Shown: positions 29,671-41,015 of the stretch, in pieces
How the letters are laid out: each line of letters opens with the position of its first letter
Position numbering within the stretch: position 1 is the stretch's first letter
Assembly (NCBI GenBank): GCA_028709215.1
Contig: JAQVXI010000001.1
Location: 60,537-124,536, forward strand
Direction of reading: 5' to 3'
Source: Bacteroidales bacterium
GTDB lineage: Bacteria; Bacteroidota; Bacteroidia; Bacteroidales; UBA1402
Length of the DNA stretch: 64,000 nt
Made by a program: the position numbers and the translations under genes
Notes under the pieces: generated by a model
What the model saw: only the letters and a program-made list of their open reading frames with translations
Told to the model about the DNA's origin: nothing
Database searches by the model: none

Positions 29671-29802
29671 ACCTCCTAGAGAATACAGACAGAATATGGC
29701 ACCCGTTCAGATGGAACGGTATCGACTTGTATCGGAAGGATTCTCGATGGATGTATTGTCGAAAAGCGATCAATCCTGGCATACGCTCGTGTTTGTACGC
29801 CT

Positions 29803-30708
29803 TTAAATGGGATCATTCAATCCCCAGAGGTACGAATACACGGCATCGAAATCGCTTGGATGGAACCAGTGGTATTCCGGATCTTTTCGAAACCAAGTGA
29901 GTTGTTTACGAGCATATTTGTGGCTGTTGAACTGAATGCGTTGAACAGCCTCGTCCAAGGATAGTGCTCCATCAAAATAGGCAAACATTTCCTTGAATCC
30001 AACGGTGTTTAATGCGTTGAGATGCCGGTATGGGTACACTGCTTTTGCCTCAGCTTCCAGTCCATCCTCAAGCATTTGGGCTACGCGCAGATCGATGCGT
30101 TGGTAGAGTTCGGTACGATCTCGATTGAGCGCAATTTTACAGATGCGAAAAGGACGTTTTTTGGGCGTTTTGTTACGAAACGAGGAAAAGGGCTTGCCCG
30201 TCTGAATGCAAATTTCCAATCCGTGGATCACTCGTTTTGGATTTTGACGATCGACCTCTTCGTAATAGGTCGGATCCAGTTTTTTCAATAAATGCAGCTG
30301 TTCTTCAAACCGTCCCGATGCAAACTGATGCTGAAGTTCGCTGCGAATCGCAGGTTCTACATCCGGCATATCGTCAATGCCTTTGCAAACGGCATCGATG
30401 TAGAGCATGGATCCCCCAGTCATCAAGACATACTCCCGATGGGCAAAATGCACATCCAAACGCTTTAAAACATCCAGCTCATATTTTGCTGCACTGTAGT
30501 TTTCGTGTATCGAGTGTGTTCCGATAAATTCATGGGGCACTCGGGCGAGTTGAGTCGAATCGGGGGCAGCCGTCCCGATGGGAATCTCTCTGTAAAGCTG
30601 TCTTGAGTCACAGGATAAAATGGGAGAACTCAGTTCTTCGGCAAGCCGAAGACTGAGTTCTGTTTTTCCTACACCGGTCGGTCCGGTTAAGATCACCAGT
30701 GTTTTCAT
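29803..30708 (-). CDS. miaA: tRNA dimethylallyltransferase
   Basis: 301-aa ORF. P-loop LTGPTGVGKTELS and SCDSRQLYREIPIGTA. Confidence 0.9.
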   Translation of the reverse strand: MKTLVILTGPTGVGKTELSLRLAEELSSPILSCDSRQLYREIPIGTAAPDSTQLARVPHEFIGTHSIHENYSAAKYELDVLKRLDVHFAHREYVLMTGGSMLYIDAVCKGIDDMPDVEPAIRSELQHQFASGRFEEQLHLLKKLDPTYYEEVDRQNPKRVIHGLEICIQTGKPFSSFRNKTPKKRPFRICKIALNRDRTELYQRIDLRVAQMLEDGLEAEAKAVYPYRHLNALNTVGFKEMFAYFDGALSLDEAVQRIQFNSHKYARKQLTWFRKDPEYHWFHPSDFDAVYSYLWGLNDPI

Positions 30709-30713
30709 TGTAT

Positions 30714-31271
30714 TTAAAATTCTCGATCGGAAGAAGGGTCGGGGATATCATCCAAACCAGAGAATCCCTCAGCGTCCAATTCATTGATGTCGAAATCCTG
30801 ATCATCCGAAAAAATATCGTCTATGTTTGTTTTTAATGCAGTATCCAAACCAACGTCGTTTAGGTCGCTTTGTTGAATGGGTGGTTCCCCTTCAGAAAGT
30901 AGACATTTTGCATTTTTTAGTTCCCGATTGGGGATCAATTGAAACAATTCGATAAATAAAGCACGTTCTGTTAAATAGTCAAAAACATACAGCAACTTTT
31001 GTCCTTCGTCATCAACCAATTCGCTCAAACGGGTTTCGGACATGATCCAACTGTCTACTTCGGGGTTGTTGTCCATTTCAATGAGCGTCACTTCGGTTTC
31101 TTTTTCCCAATCGTCGTTGCAAATGAAAAAAGAACACATTTGGTCAGCAGAAAACTGTGTACAGTCCAGAATGGCTTGATGCAGATCCAGAAAGAGCGCA
31201 TCCGAATCAATAGCGATCTCTCGTACAAAATTGTCGACTTCGTCGGATAAGATGCGAAACTTGTATACCAT
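30714..31271 (-). CDS. Acidic protein resembling the plasmid pRiA4b ORF-3-like family
   Basis: 185-aa ORF. The N-terminal pattern YKFRILSDEVDNFVREIAIDSDALFLDLHQAI fits that family as I remember it. Very acidic C-terminal tail (DDQDFDINELDAEGFSGLDDIPDPSSD). Confidence 0.45.
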   Translation of the reverse strand: MVYKFRILSDEVDNFVREIAIDSDALFLDLHQAILDCTQFSADQMCSFFICNDDWEKETEVTLIEMDNNPEVDSWIMSETRLSELVDDEGQKLLYVFDYLTERALFIELFQLIPNRELKNAKCLLSEGEPPIQQSDLNDVGLDTALKTNIDDIFSDDQDFDINELDAEGFSGLDDIPDPSSDREF

Positions 31272-31290
31272 GAGTTTTTAGGCAAATGAA

Positions 31291-32067
31291 TTAAAAATAT
31301 CCTTTGATGATGCCACGAGGAGAATTCTTTACAAACAGAATAATCTCATCGCGTTCTTTTGTTGCAGGAAGCTCAGCCTCAATGCGTTCGACGGCGTCAC
31401 TGTTGTTGAGTCCCGATTGATAAAGGTAACGATAAATTTCTTGAATATCACGAATCTGTTCGTTGGAAAAACTTCTTCTTCTCAAACCAATGGAGTTGAT
31501 TCCGCAGTATGCGATGGGTTCGCGTGCCGCTTTGATGAAGGGTGGGACATCTTTGTTGATTTTTGAACCACCCTGAATCATCACGTGTGAACCGATGTGT
31601 GAGAATTGATGAATCAACGTACCGCCTCCGATGATGGCGTGATCGTCAACAACCACTTCACCGGCCAATTGAACCGAGTTTGACATGATTACGTTGTTTC
31701 CAACAATACAATCGTGGGCGACGTGACAGTAGGCCATGATTAGGCAGTTGTTGCCAACGGCCGTTTTGTTTCGTGCAGCCGTACCTCGGTTGATGGTTAC
31801 GTACTCTCGTATCGTGGTATTGTCTCCAATTTCAACGGTGGTATCTTCTCCCGAAAATTTTAAATCCTGGGGCACGGCACCAATGACAGCACCCGGAAAG
31901 ATTACACAATTTTTACCGATTCGGGTTCCTTCGAGTATCGTCACATTCGATCCGATGCGCGTTCCTTCACCAATCACAACGTTTCGATCAATGGTCACAA
32001 ATGGCTCTATGACAACACTGGGTGCAATCTTTGCATCCGGATGAACGTAGGCTAGGGGTTGTCTCAT
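31291..32067 (-). CDS. lpxA: Acyl-ACP--UDP-N-acetylglucosamine O-acyltransferase
   Basis: 258-aa ORF. Left-handed beta-helix hexapeptide repeats plus a helical C-terminal domain. Adjacent to lpxC-fabZ and lpxD. Confidence 0.9.
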   Translation of the reverse strand: MRQPLAYVHPDAKIAPSVVIEPFVTIDRNVVIGEGTRIGSNVTILEGTRIGKNCVIFPGAVIGAVPQDLKFSGEDTTVEIGDNTTIREYVTINRGTAARNKTAVGNNCLIMAYCHVAHDCIVGNNVIMSNSVQLAGEVVVDDHAIIGGGTLIHQFSHIGSHVMIQGGSKINKDVPPFIKAAREPIAYCGINSIGLRRRSFSNEQIRDIQEIYRYLYQSGLNNSDAVERIEAELPATKERDEIILFVKNSPRGIIKGYF

Positions 32068-32077
32068 ATAGGTTTGA

Positions 32078-33463
32078 TTACTTGTTTTTTACGACTTGAG
32101 CCATAAATTCGGCTTCTGTCACGATTTTATCTGCTACAAATGCATATCCCTTCATGCTGACAATGCCTCGGCGAATCTCTGAAATCAAATCCAAACGGAA
32201 AATGAGTGTATCTCCGGGAACCACTTTTTGTCGGAATTTTACATTATCAATCTTAAGAAAATAAGTTGAATATCGTTCGGGCTCGTCCACGTTGTTGAGA
32301 ACCAGTAACCCTCCGGTTTGAGCCATTGCTTCGATTTGGAGCACACCGGGCATGACGGGTTCGTCCGGAAAGTGTCCCATAAAAATTTCCTCGTTGCCTG
32401 TTACATTTTTTAAACCGACAATATGTCTGTCGCTCAGTTCGATGATTTTGTCAACCATCTGAATGGGCCAACGGTGTGGCAGCAATTGCTTGATGCGCAC
32501 GTTGTCCATAATGGGAGGGACCTCGGGATTGTAGTTGGGTGCCTGAACCTCCTGGCGTTTGAGTTCTTTACGAATCAGTTTGGCCATTTTGTTGTTGATG
32601 CCGTGTCCGGGGCGGGTGGCAATGATGTGTCCCTTGATGGGCTTTCCAATCAATGCGATGTCACCGATCAAATCCATCAATTTATGACGTGCAGGCTCGT
32701 TGTCAAAGAGTAGGGGGCGATTGTTGATGTATCCCAGTTCGTTCACCGGTTTGTGGGCGATGCCCATCATATCGGCCAACGTATTCAATCGGTCTTGTGT
32801 AAGTACCTGGTCGTAAATAACCAGTGCATTATCCAAATCACCTCCTTTAATCAGGTTGTGTTCCAAGAGTTGTTCCACTTCCCGCACAAAAACAAAAGTC
32901 CTGCTGGGGGCAATCTCCGTTTCAAAATCGGCCATGCTGTTCAGGCGGGCAAATTGATTGTTCAGGATGGGGGAGTCGTAACTCACCAAGGTGGTGATGC
33001 TAAATCCATCGTAGGGAAGAATGATGATGGATGAGCCGGTTTGCGGATCTTCCACTTCAATTCGATTGCGTACGATGTAGTATTGACGATCAAAAGGCTG
33101 TGTTTCTGTGCCTGCCTCTTTGATTTTTTGTACGAATTCAATGGCACTTCCATCAAGAATGGGCATTTCCGGTCCGGCAATTTCAATCCGGCAATTGTCT
33201 ATGCGGGCAGCATAGAGTGCGGCCATTGCGTGTTCAATGGTGCTGATTACAACCCCGTTTTTATTTAATACCGTTCCTCGTTCGGTCTGTTTGACGTATT
33301 CTGCAAGTGCTTCGATTTCCGGTTTGCCTTCCAGGTCGGTACGAACAAAACGGTAGCCGGTATTTGCCTCGGCGGGTTGAAAGGTTGCAGTAATCTTGAG
33401 TCCGGTGTGAAGTCCTTTCCCTTGTACGGAAAACGGTTTCTTTAGCGTGAGTTGATTTGACAT
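32078..33463 (-). CDS. lpxC/fabZ: Bifunctional UDP-3-O-acyl-GlcNAc deacetylase / 3-hydroxyacyl-ACP dehydratase
   Basis: 461-aa ORF. The N-terminal LpxC half is followed by a FabZ hot-dog half (LPHRWPIQMVDKI, GHFPDEPVMPGVL). This fusion is typical of Bacteroidota. Confidence 0.92.
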   Translation of the reverse strand: MSNQLTLKKPFSVQGKGLHTGLKITATFQPAEANTGYRFVRTDLEGKPEIEALAEYVKQTERGTVLNKNGVVISTIEHAMAALYAARIDNCRIEIAGPEMPILDGSAIEFVQKIKEAGTETQPFDRQYYIVRNRIEVEDPQTGSSIIILPYDGFSITTLVSYDSPILNNQFARLNSMADFETEIAPSRTFVFVREVEQLLEHNLIKGGDLDNALVIYDQVLTQDRLNTLADMMGIAHKPVNELGYINNRPLLFDNEPARHKLMDLIGDIALIGKPIKGHIIATRPGHGINNKMAKLIRKELKRQEVQAPNYNPEVPPIMDNVRIKQLLPHRWPIQMVDKIIELSDRHIVGLKNVTGNEEIFMGHFPDEPVMPGVLQIEAMAQTGGLLVLNNVDEPERYSTYFLKIDNVKFRQKVVPGDTLIFRLDLISEIRRGIVSMKGYAFVADKIVTEAEFMAQVVKNK

Positions 33464-33483
33464 ATCGTTCTTCTTATACGGAT

Positions 33484-34509
33484 TTATTTGTTTCGTTCTC
33501 TAATCAGGTGGCTGATTTCCGGATACAACTCCGGTAGTTTCTTAAATACGGTATAGGCTTTTGCGTATTGTTTGGCTTCTATGGCCGGTGTACCCATGTA
33601 GGCGGATTTGGACGATTTCAGATTGTTGGCCACCCCGGTCTGAGCTGCAATGTGCACTCCATCCGCTATTTGAATGTGACCGGCGATGCCCACTTGTCCT
33701 CCGATCATGCAATTGGCGCCAATTTTCGTGGATCCGGCGATGCCGACTTGAGCAGCCATCACGGTATTTTCACCGATGACAACGTTGTGTGCCACCTGAA
33801 TCAAATTATCCAGTTTCACTCCTTTGTGTAGGATGGTCGATCCCATGGTTGCCCGATCAATGGTGGTGTTGGCTCCCAATTCAACGTCTGATTCCAGAAT
33901 GACGTTTCCGATTTGTGGGATTTTTTGGTAGTCACCTGCCGCTTGTGGGGCAAAACCAAAACCATCCCCACCGATGACACAGCCGGCCTGTAAGACGCAG
34001 CGGTCTCCGATGATGCAGTCATCCAGGATTTTAACTCCAGGATAGAGGACGCAGTCCTCTCCAATGTTGACTCGGTTTCCTATATACACTTGAGGATAGA
34101 TGCGAGAACGGTCTCCAACGCTACTATTTTCTCCAATATAACTGAAAGCTCCCAAATAGATGTCCGATCCTAAGGACGCCGAGTCCGCAACCGAAACCGG
34201 CGATTCGATGCCTGTTTTGTTGGGGCGGGTGGAGGCAACCAGTTGAAGGAGTTTTGCCAGACATTCGTACGCATTCTCGACACGAATCAACGTTGCCTGA
34301 ACGGGTTGCTCCAACGCGTAGTCTTTGTTTAATAAAACAATGCTTGCGTTCGTGGTGTACAAGAAGGGTGCGTACTTTGGGTTTGACAAAAAGGTCAACG
34401 TGCCCGGAACACCTTCTTCTATTTTTGATACGTTGTCAACTTCTACCTGTGCATCGCCCTCGACGATGCCGGATAAATAGGCTGCTATTTGGGAGGCCGT
34501 AAATTTCAT
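33484..34509 (-). CDS. lpxD: UDP-3-O-(3-hydroxyacyl)glucosamine N-acyltransferase
   Basis: The ORF-track ORF extends to 34536. I prefer ATG 34509 ([12 protein letters not shown]...). Hexapeptide-repeat core. Confidence 0.9.
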   Translation of the reverse strand: MKFTASQIAAYLSGIVEGDAQVEVDNVSKIEEGVPGTLTFLSNPKYAPFLYTTNASIVLLNKDYALEQPVQATLIRVENAYECLAKLLQLVASTRPNKTGIESPVSVADSASLGSDIYLGAFSYIGENSSVGDRSRIYPQVYIGNRVNIGEDCVLYPGVKILDDCIIGDRCVLQAGCVIGGDGFGFAPQAAGDYQKIPQIGNVILESDVELGANTTIDRATMGSTILHKGVKLDNLIQVAHNVVIGENTVMAAQVGIAGSTKIGANCMIGGQVGIAGHIQIADGVHIAAQTGVANNLKSSKSAYMGTPAIEAKQYAKAYTVFKKLPELYPEISHLIRERNK

Positions 34510-34576
34510 TCCAGAAAAATTTGGGCAAAAATACAAAATAATCGGGAAAAACCCGCAGTTTGTGCTTTGCAGATGA

Positions 34577-35809
34577 TTAAGCGTGTTTGTAGCGATTCAA
34601 ACGAATGTAGCAATAGGCATGTTTCTGAACTTGCTTCGATAAAACATCCATGTTGAGCATGACCGATGCCGATGTGATTGGACAGGTGCTTCCATCGTTG
34701 TACAAGATGTCGATGCTGTCGTCCGTCGGAGAATACATGTTGGTTGAGACGCAGCTTAAGGCCGTAAAATAGGCGGCTTCCTCCTCCGGTATGGAAAAGT
34801 GAGCAGCAATTTGCCGTATGTCCTCATGGATACGGGTTTCCAACGGAGCTTTCGGAGACATTTCTGTTTTGAACAGGATGCGTTCAACCAACGCGGTACT
34901 CAGGGTCGACAGAACAAAGTCTTCGTGCTGTTGCCAGGTTTTGATGGCTGACCAGACATCGTTGTCATCCAGCATTTGGAAATGATCGAGTGAAACATCA
35001 TCCATGACGCCATGCACTTGTTTGCCGGATAAAAAATGATAAAAGGCTTCTGTTGCCGGCAAGTGTATGCCGGATTGGCACAGTTGTTTCGCACGTTTCA
35101 ATAGATTTTGAAGCATATTCTCCGCAGCCATCGAAGTTTTGTGCAGGTAAACCTGCCAATACATCAGGGTACGTGACATTAAGTAATTCTCAATGGAATA
35201 GATGCCTTTGGCTTCAACGACCAAACGATCATCCTGAACATTCAACATTTTTATGATGCGAGCCGATCCAATGTTGCCTTCCGTAACTCCGGTAAAAAAA
35301 CTGTCCCGACGCAAGTAATCCAAGCGATCCATATCCAGGTTGCCGGAGACCAATTGGTGTAAAAATTTTTTTGGGTACTCGTCTTTAAAAATACGAATGG
35401 CCGTTTCCAATCTTCCTCCAAAGTCACGATTCATGCGCTCCATGAGTAAGATAGATATGGATTCGTGGTGCACACCTTGTATGATGCTGTGTTCAAGCAC
35501 GTGCGAAAAGGGACCGTGTCCGATGTCGTGCAAAAGAATCGCGGCGATAACACCTTCTGACTCCTCCTCGGTGATGTCGTGCCCTTTCATTCGAAGATGT
35601 TGAACGGCTTCCATCATCAGATACATGGCTCCAACCGTGTGCTGGAATCGGGTATGCTGTGCGCCCGGGTATACAAAGGAGGACATCCCCAATTGCTTGA
35701 TGCGTGTCAAGCGGTGCAAGTAAGGATGTTGAAATACATCAAATAAGAAACCTGTTGGCAAATTGATAAAGCCAAATACAGGATCGTTTATGATTTTTCG
35801 TTTTTCCAC
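34577..35809 (-). CDS. HD-domain metal-dependent phosphohydrolase (dNTPase/SAMHD1-like)
   Basis: 410-aa ORF. Motifs [11 protein letters not shown] and [12 protein letters not shown]. First gene of the lpxD cluster. Confidence 0.75.
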   Translation of the reverse strand: MEKRKIINDPVFGFINLPTGFLFDVFQHPYLHRLTRIKQLGMSSFVYPGAQHTRFQHTVGAMYLMMEAVQHLRMKGHDITEEESEGVIAAILLHDIGHGPFSHVLEHSIIQGVHHESISILLMERMNRDFGGRLETAIRIFKDEYPKKFLHQLVSGNLDMDRLDYLRRDSFFTGVTEGNIGSARIIKMLNVQDDRLVVEAKGIYSIENYLMSRTLMYWQVYLHKTSMAAENMLQNLLKRAKQLCQSGIHLPATEAFYHFLSGKQVHGVMDDVSLDHFQMLDDNDVWSAIKTWQQHEDFVLSTLSTALVERILFKTEMSPKAPLETRIHEDIRQIAAHFSIPEEEAAYFTALSCVSTNMYSPTDDSIDILYNDGSTCPITSASVMLNMDVLSKQVQKHAYCYIRLNRYKHA

Positions 35810-35824
35810 GGCGCAATGTTTGGT

Positions 35825-36637
35825 TTAAAGATAGGAAGCCATTTCTTCGTGAAGTTTCTGCGCTTCTTTTTGGGCGGCCAGGGCAAAATCCATGCCCTTG
35901 GATGCGTAAAGTATTTGTCTGGACGAATTGACCAAAAGTCCGCAATCCGGAGTCATTCCGTAACGAACCACCTCCGCCAGGCTGCCTCCTTGCGCACCTA
36001 CCCCCGGGACCAATAGGAAATGATTGGGGGCAATTTTTCGGATGTCTGCAAACATGGATCCTTGTGTTGCTCCCACCACAAACATCATGCGTTCTTCATC
36101 CGCCCAGGTTTTTGCCGTGCGGATAACTTTTTCAAACAGGCGTTCCCCGTTCGCATCCTGAGTCAATTGAAAATCGGCAGAACCTTTGTTGGATGTCAGT
36201 GCAAGCAGAACCACCCATTTGTCCGGATAGGTAAGGAACGGTTTTACACTATCTTCGCCCATATAGGGTGCGACGGTGACTGCATCAAAGGGCAAATCTT
36301 CAAAGAAACTTTGTGCATACATTTCAGAGGTATTTCCTATGTCTCCCCGTTTGGCATCGGCCAGAATAAACTGTTCCGGGTAATGACGACGTATGTACTG
36401 AACCGTTTTTTCCAACGCCATCCAGCCTTTGAGGCCGGCACATTCGTAAAAAGCCAAATTGGGCTTGTAGCAAACGCAGTGCGCAGCAGTTGCGTCGATG
36501 ATGGCTTTGTTGAACGCAAACATCGGATCTTCTTCCTCCAACAAGTGCGCGGGGATTTTTTTTAGATCGGTGTCAAGTCCGACACACAAAAAACTCTTTT
36601 TTTGACGAATCTGCTGGATAAGTGCTTCTCTTTTCAT
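35825..36637 (-). CDS. pyrF: Orotidine-5'-phosphate decarboxylase (long, type 2 form)
   Basis: 270-aa ORF. Motifs FLCVGLD and [12 protein letters not shown]. Confidence 0.88.
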   Translation of the reverse strand: MKREALIQQIRQKKSFLCVGLDTDLKKIPAHLLEEEDPMFAFNKAIIDATAAHCVCYKPNLAFYECAGLKGWMALEKTVQYIRRHYPEQFILADAKRGDIGNTSEMYAQSFFEDLPFDAVTVAPYMGEDSVKPFLTYPDKWVVLLALTSNKGSADFQLTQDANGERLFEKVIRTAKTWADEERMMFVVGATQGSMFADIRKIAPNHFLLVPGVGAQGGSLAEVVRYGMTPDCGLLVNSSRQILYASKGMDFALAAQKEAQKLHEEMASYL

Positions 36638-36647
36638 ATTGAATTGC

Positions 36648-37733
36648 TTATAGACTGGCCTCTTTCAAACGTTCGGCATTTTCAGCGACAATCAGTTGAT
36701 CGATGACCGGTTGGATGTCTCCATTCATAAAGAAGGAGAGGTTATATAGGGTTAGATTGATGCGATGGTCTGTAACACGCCCTTGAGGAAAATTGTACGT
36801 TCGAATCTTTGCCGATCGATCTCCGGTCGAAACCATGGTTTTGCGGTGTGCGGCGATTTCATCGATGTATTTTTGATATTCCATATTGTAAATACGCGTA
36901 CGCAATTCAATCATGGCTTTGGCCTTGTTTTTGAGCTGAGACTTCTCGTCTTGGCATTGTACCGTGATTCCGGTGGGTAAATGAACCAGTCGAATCGCTG
37001 AATAGGTCGTGTTGACCGACTGACCTCCGTGACCGGAAGCACAGAAAGTATCGACCCGTATGTCGGAATCTTTTAATTCGATGTCAAATTCTTCTGCTTC
37101 GGGTAATACGGCTACCGTTGCTGCCGAGGTATGTACCCTTCCTTGTGTTTCGGTTGCCGGGATTCGTTGTACCCGATGTACCCCCGATTCGTATTTTAGA
37201 ATGCCATAGACGTTGTCTCCGCTGACGGCGAAGATGATTTCCTTGTAGCCGCCAGAACTACCTTCGTTGACCGAGGTTACTTCTACTTTCCATCCCTTAT
37301 TTTCACAAAAACGCGTGTACATCCGAAACAGATCTCCTGCAAAAATGGCCGCTTCGTCACCACCGGTTCCGCCACGAATTTCAACAATGGCATTTTTGGA
37401 ATCTTCCGGGTCTGCCGGGACAAGCAGCAGTTTGATGTTTTCTTCCAATTGAGGCAGTTGACGCTGGCTGTCATCCAATTCCTGTCTTGCCATGTCTCGG
37501 ATTTCCGCATCCGATTCGGTTTCCAGCAATTCTTTGGCATCGCGTATGTTTTGCAGGATGACCTCGTATTTTTTACGAGCCTGTAAGAGCTTCTCGAGTT
37601 CCCGATACTCTTTGCTAAGCTTTACATAGCGTTTCATATCGGACATGACCGCCGGATCTGTAATCAAAACGCTGATTTCCTCAAATCGGTGGGTTAATCC
37701 GTCCAAACGTTGTAATAAGACGTTTTCGGTCAT
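36648..37733 (-). CDS. prfA: Peptide chain release factor 1
   Basis: The ORF-track ORF extends to 37757. ATG 37733 ([13 protein letters not shown]...) lies 1 nt after the purM stop and fits usual RF1 N-termini. GGQ motif [11 protein letters not shown] and the RF1-type PAT tripeptide ([10 protein letters not shown]). Confidence 0.9.
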   Translation of the reverse strand: MTENVLLQRLDGLTHRFEEISVLITDPAVMSDMKRYVKLSKEYRELEKLLQARKKYEVILQNIRDAKELLETESDAEIRDMARQELDDSQRQLPQLEENIKLLLVPADPEDSKNAIVEIRGGTGGDEAAIFAGDLFRMYTRFCENKGWKVEVTSVNEGSSGGYKEIIFAVSGDNVYGILKYESGVHRVQRIPATETQGRVHTSAATVAVLPEAEEFDIELKDSDIRVDTFCASGHGGQSVNTTYSAIRLVHLPTGITVQCQDEKSQLKNKAKAMIELRTRIYNMEYQKYIDEIAAHRKTMVSTGDRSAKIRTYNFPQGRVTDHRINLTLYNLSFFMNGDIQPVIDQLIVAENAERLKEASL

Positions 37734-37734
37734 A

Positions 37735-38904
37735 TTATTCGTACAAAAAGGTTCCAAATGGGCTGACCAAAGTCAGTTTCTTTTGAGCAGCGGCTTCGGT
37801 GCGACCGATGATTTGAGCATCCAAGCCCAGATCCTGGGCCAGCTGTATTACCTTCTGAGCTTCCGATGCCTCCAGGTAAACTTCCAGACGATGTCCCATA
37901 TTAAAGACTTTATACATTTCTTTCCAATCGGTACCGGAGGCTTCCTGAATTAAGTTGAACAGTGGCGGGATTGGGAAAAGTTGATCTTTGATGATGTGCA
38001 GGTCGTCAACAAAATGCAGTATTTTGGTTTGAGCGCCTCCCGAACAATGCACCATGCCGTGCACCGATGCACGCATTTGATCCAACAAGCGTTTTACAAA
38101 CGGTGCGTAGGTACGAGTCGGGGATAATACCAGCTTTCCGGCATCCAACGGGCTGTTTTCTACGGCATCTGTGAGTTTTTTGTATCCGGAGTAGACTAAG
38201 TCGTCCGGAATGTTTGGGTCAAAGCTTTCCGGGTATTTTTCAGCCAGGTAGTGCGCAAAAACATCGTGTCGGGCGGAGGTTAAGCCGTTGCTTCCCATGC
38301 CTCCGTTGTATGTTGTTTCGTAGTTGGATTGACCGTACGAAGCAATGCCTACGATGACGTCTCCCGGTCGAATGTTTCCGTTGTCAATGACTTCACTGCG
38401 TTTCATACGACAGGTAACGGTGCTGTCAACGATGATGGTGCGTACCAAGTCTCCGACGTCAGCGGTTTCTCCTCCAGTGGCATAGACGCCAATGCCCATC
38501 GCACGCAATTCAGCAAGCAATTCATCCGTACCGTTTATGATGGCAGAAATGACTTCGCCGGGAATAAGGTGTTTGTTGCGACCAATCGTTGAGGATACAA
38601 GGATGTTGTCCGTGGCACCCACACAAATCAAATCATCGATGTTCATGATCAGCGCATCTTGAGCAATGCCTTTCCATACACTGACGTCGCCGGTTTCTTT
38701 CCAATACAGGTAGGCCAGTGCCGATTTTGTACCGGCTCCATCGGCATGCATGATGTTGCAATACTCAGGGTCACCTCCCAGGATGTCGGGTATTATTTTA
38801 CAAAAGGCTTTTGGAAAGATACCTTTGTCGATGTTTTTTAATGCGTTGTGCACGTCTTCTTTAGAGGCTGAGACACCTCTTCTCATGTATCGTTGGTCGC
38901 TCAT
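37735..38904 (-). CDS. purM: Phosphoribosylformylglycinamidine cyclo-ligase (AIR synthase)
   Basis: 389-aa ORF. Motif HADGAGTKS and overall AIRS N/C domain organisation. Confidence 0.85.
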   Translation of the reverse strand: MSDQRYMRRGVSASKEDVHNALKNIDKGIFPKAFCKIIPDILGGDPEYCNIMHADGAGTKSALAYLYWKETGDVSVWKGIAQDALIMNIDDLICVGATDNILVSSTIGRNKHLIPGEVISAIINGTDELLAELRAMGIGVYATGGETADVGDLVRTIIVDSTVTCRMKRSEVIDNGNIRPGDVIVGIASYGQSNYETTYNGGMGSNGLTSARHDVFAHYLAEKYPESFDPNIPDDLVYSGYKKLTDAVENSPLDAGKLVLSPTRTYAPFVKRLLDQMRASVHGMVHCSGGAQTKILHFVDDLHIIKDQLFPIPPLFNLIQEASGTDWKEMYKVFNMGHRLEVYLEASEAQKVIQLAQDLGLDAQIIGRTEAAAQKKLTLVSPFGTFLYE

Positions 38905-38958
38905 GTGATGAAATTAATAATGCGCCAAAGATAAGCATTAAAAATGACTGTAAGGGTC

Positions 38959-38993
38959 AAAAAAATCCCCGAACTCGTGCAAAGTCCGGGGAT
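38959..38993 (-). terminator. Intrinsic terminator after purC
   Basis: Minus strand: ATCCCCG-(15-nt loop)-CGGGGAT followed by TTTTTT, 19 nt after the purC stop. Confidence 0.6.
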
Positions 38994-39011
38994 AAAGTAT
39001 GGGGCGGAAAC

Positions 39012-39959
39012 TCAGCGTTTCAACAAATATTGAGTGACATTTGCTTCGATTCGAGCTTCTAATTGCTTCAAATCCGCCTTTACAAAAGGCTCTCCAACGA
39101 TCTTTTCGTACAGCTCAATGTAGCGTTCGGATACACTTAGGCAGTATGCTTCGCTCATGTATGGAACGGTTTGTCCGTCTTTGCCTTGAAATCCGTTTTC
39201 GATCAACCATTGGCGGACAAATTCTTTCGAGAGTTGTCTTTGTGGCAGACCTTTGGCCAGATTTTCCTCGTACCCTTCTTTGTAAAAATAACGGGACGAA
39301 TCGGGCGTATGAATTTCATCCATAAGAAGAATTTTTCCGTCGCGTTTGCCAAATTCATACTTCGTGTCAACCAGAATCAAACCCATTTGGTCGGCTATCT
39401 CTGTGCCCCGTTTGAAAATGGCCTGTGTATAGGCTTCCAATTGTTCGTATTCTTCACGACTGACCAGGCCTTGCGCAATGATTTCTTCTTTTGAGATGTC
39501 TTCGTCGTGTCCTTCCTTGGCTTTGGTGGTCGGTGTGATGATGGGTGTTTCAAACTTTTGATTTTCAACCATACCTTCCGGTAAAGCAACGCCACAGAGC
39601 ATGCGCTTTCCTGCTTTGTATTCGCGCCAGGCGTGTCCGGTAAGGTAACCGCGAATAACCATTTCTACTTCATACGGTTCGCATCGGATGCCAACAGTGA
39701 CCATGGGATCCGGAGTGGCTAATTTCCAGTTCGGAACGATGTCCCGGGTTGCGTCCAGAAACTTCGCCGCAATTTGATTGAGTACTTGGCCTTTGTAAGG
39801 AATTCCTTCGGGTAAAATGACGTCGAATGCAGAAATGCGATCACTTACAATCATGACCAGCAAATCATCGTTGATGTTGTAAACATCACGCACTTTTCCG
39901 TGATAGACCGATTTTTGACCCGGAAAACTGAAGTTGGTTTTTGTCAGAGATTGGCTCAT
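39012..39959 (-). CDS. purC: Phosphoribosylaminoimidazole-succinocarboxamide (SAICAR) synthase
   Basis: The ORF-track ORF extends to 40019 and would overlap phoH by 56 nt. ATG 39959 ([10 protein letters not shown]...) starts 4 nt after the phoH stop. Motifs YHGKVRDVY and [11 protein letters not shown]. Confidence 0.9.
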   Translation of the reverse strand: MSQSLTKTNFSFPGQKSVYHGKVRDVYNINDDLLVMIVSDRISAFDVILPEGIPYKGQVLNQIAAKFLDATRDIVPNWKLATPDPMVTVGIRCEPYEVEMVIRGYLTGHAWREYKAGKRMLCGVALPEGMVENQKFETPIITPTTKAKEGHDEDISKEEIIAQGLVSREEYEQLEAYTQAIFKRGTEIADQMGLILVDTKYEFGKRDGKILLMDEIHTPDSSRYFYKEGYEENLAKGLPQRQLSKEFVRQWLIENGFQGKDGQTVPYMSEAYCLSVSERYIELYEKIVGEPFVKADLKQLEARIEANVTQYLLKR

Positions 39960-39963
39960 ACAG

Positions 39964-40929
39964 TTAATTATTTGAATTGTTTTCGTCTCGTTCTTTTTGT
40001 TGGTGTTTTTCGTAGGCATCTACAATTCGTTTGACCAGTTTGTGTCGTACAATATCCTCGCGGGCAAACTCGATGCGTGCGATCCCTTTGACATCCTCCA
40101 GGATCGACATGGCGTGAATCAGTCCGGATTGGGTTTTTGACGGCAAATCAATTTGTGTTCGATCGCCTGTAACAATCATTTTGGCATGGATGCCCAATCG
40201 GGTCAAAAACATCTTGATTTGTTGTGTGGTCGTGTTTTGCGCTTCGTCAAGTATAATGACTGCATCGTTGAGTGTTCTTCCACGCATAAACGCAAGGGGG
40301 GCAATTTGGATGATCTTATGTTCAATGTATTCCTTCAGTTTTGCTGCAGGAATCATGTCTTCAAGCGCATCGTACAGGGGTTGCAGGTACGGATCAATTT
40401 TTTCTTTCATGTCACCGGGTAAGAAACCCAGCTTTTCACCGGCTTCGACGGCGGGACGACAGAGGATGATCTTTTTAACTTCTCGGTTTTTGAGCGCGCG
40501 CACCGCCAAGGCAATGGCTGTATAGGTTTTGCCAGAGCCGGCAGGCCCGATGGCAAACATCAGATCGTTTTCATCGTATGCTTTTACCAGTCGTTGTTGG
40601 TTTTTGGTACGCGCCATGATGGTTTTGCCGTTCATCCCGTGGAGGATGAGGTGTTCCTGTCGTACGATCAAGGGCTGCATTCCTTTGGCAATATCGCGAA
40701 TCATGGCTTCGTTGAGTTCGTTAAATTCCGTACAGTATTTTTCCATGGCCTCAAATGCGCCTGCAAATCGATTCAGGTCATCTGCTTCACCAAGTACCTT
40801 CAACGTGTTGCCTCTGGATGTAAAACGCAGGGTAGGGTATAAAACCTTTATCAATTGTATGTTGGTGCTGTTGACTCCATTGAAAACGATGGGGTCGGCT
40901 TGTTCAATGACAAAAAGGCGTTCGTTCAT
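39964..40929 (-). CDS. phoH: PhoH-family ATPase
   Basis: 321-aa ORF. Walker [12 protein letters not shown] and Walker [10 protein letters not shown]. Confidence 0.9.
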   Translation of the reverse strand: MNERLFVIEQADPIVFNGVNSTNIQLIKVLYPTLRFTSRGNTLKVLGEADDLNRFAGAFEAMEKYCTEFNELNEAMIRDIAKGMQPLIVRQEHLILHGMNGKTIMARTKNQQRLVKAYDENDLMFAIGPAGSGKTYTAIALAVRALKNREVKKIILCRPAVEAGEKLGFLPGDMKEKIDPYLQPLYDALEDMIPAAKLKEYIEHKIIQIAPLAFMRGRTLNDAVIILDEAQNTTTQQIKMFLTRLGIHAKMIVTGDRTQIDLPSKTQSGLIHAMSILEDVKGIARIEFAREDIVRHKLVKRIVDAYEKHQQKERDENNSNN

Positions 40930-41015
40930 GCAGGATCATTTTACCTACAAAAATAGTCATTTTGACGTAATTCAGCGGATTTTTTTGTACTATTGCAGGA
41001 TAAAATACCCTTGTA

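Noticed and set aside
29138-29782. 214-aa minus-strand ORF overlapping the LuxR-type gene in another frame
   Set aside because: Its composition (many Cys, His, Arg, Trp) is unlike real proteins, and the other frame carries a clean GerE/LuxR HTH. I checked for a frameshift-fused longer gene, but an in-frame stop lies 39 nt upstream of the LuxR ATG, so there is no evidence for a pseudogene.
36020-36565. 181-aa ORF antisense to pyrF
   Set aside because: Shadow ORF inside a confidently called gene.
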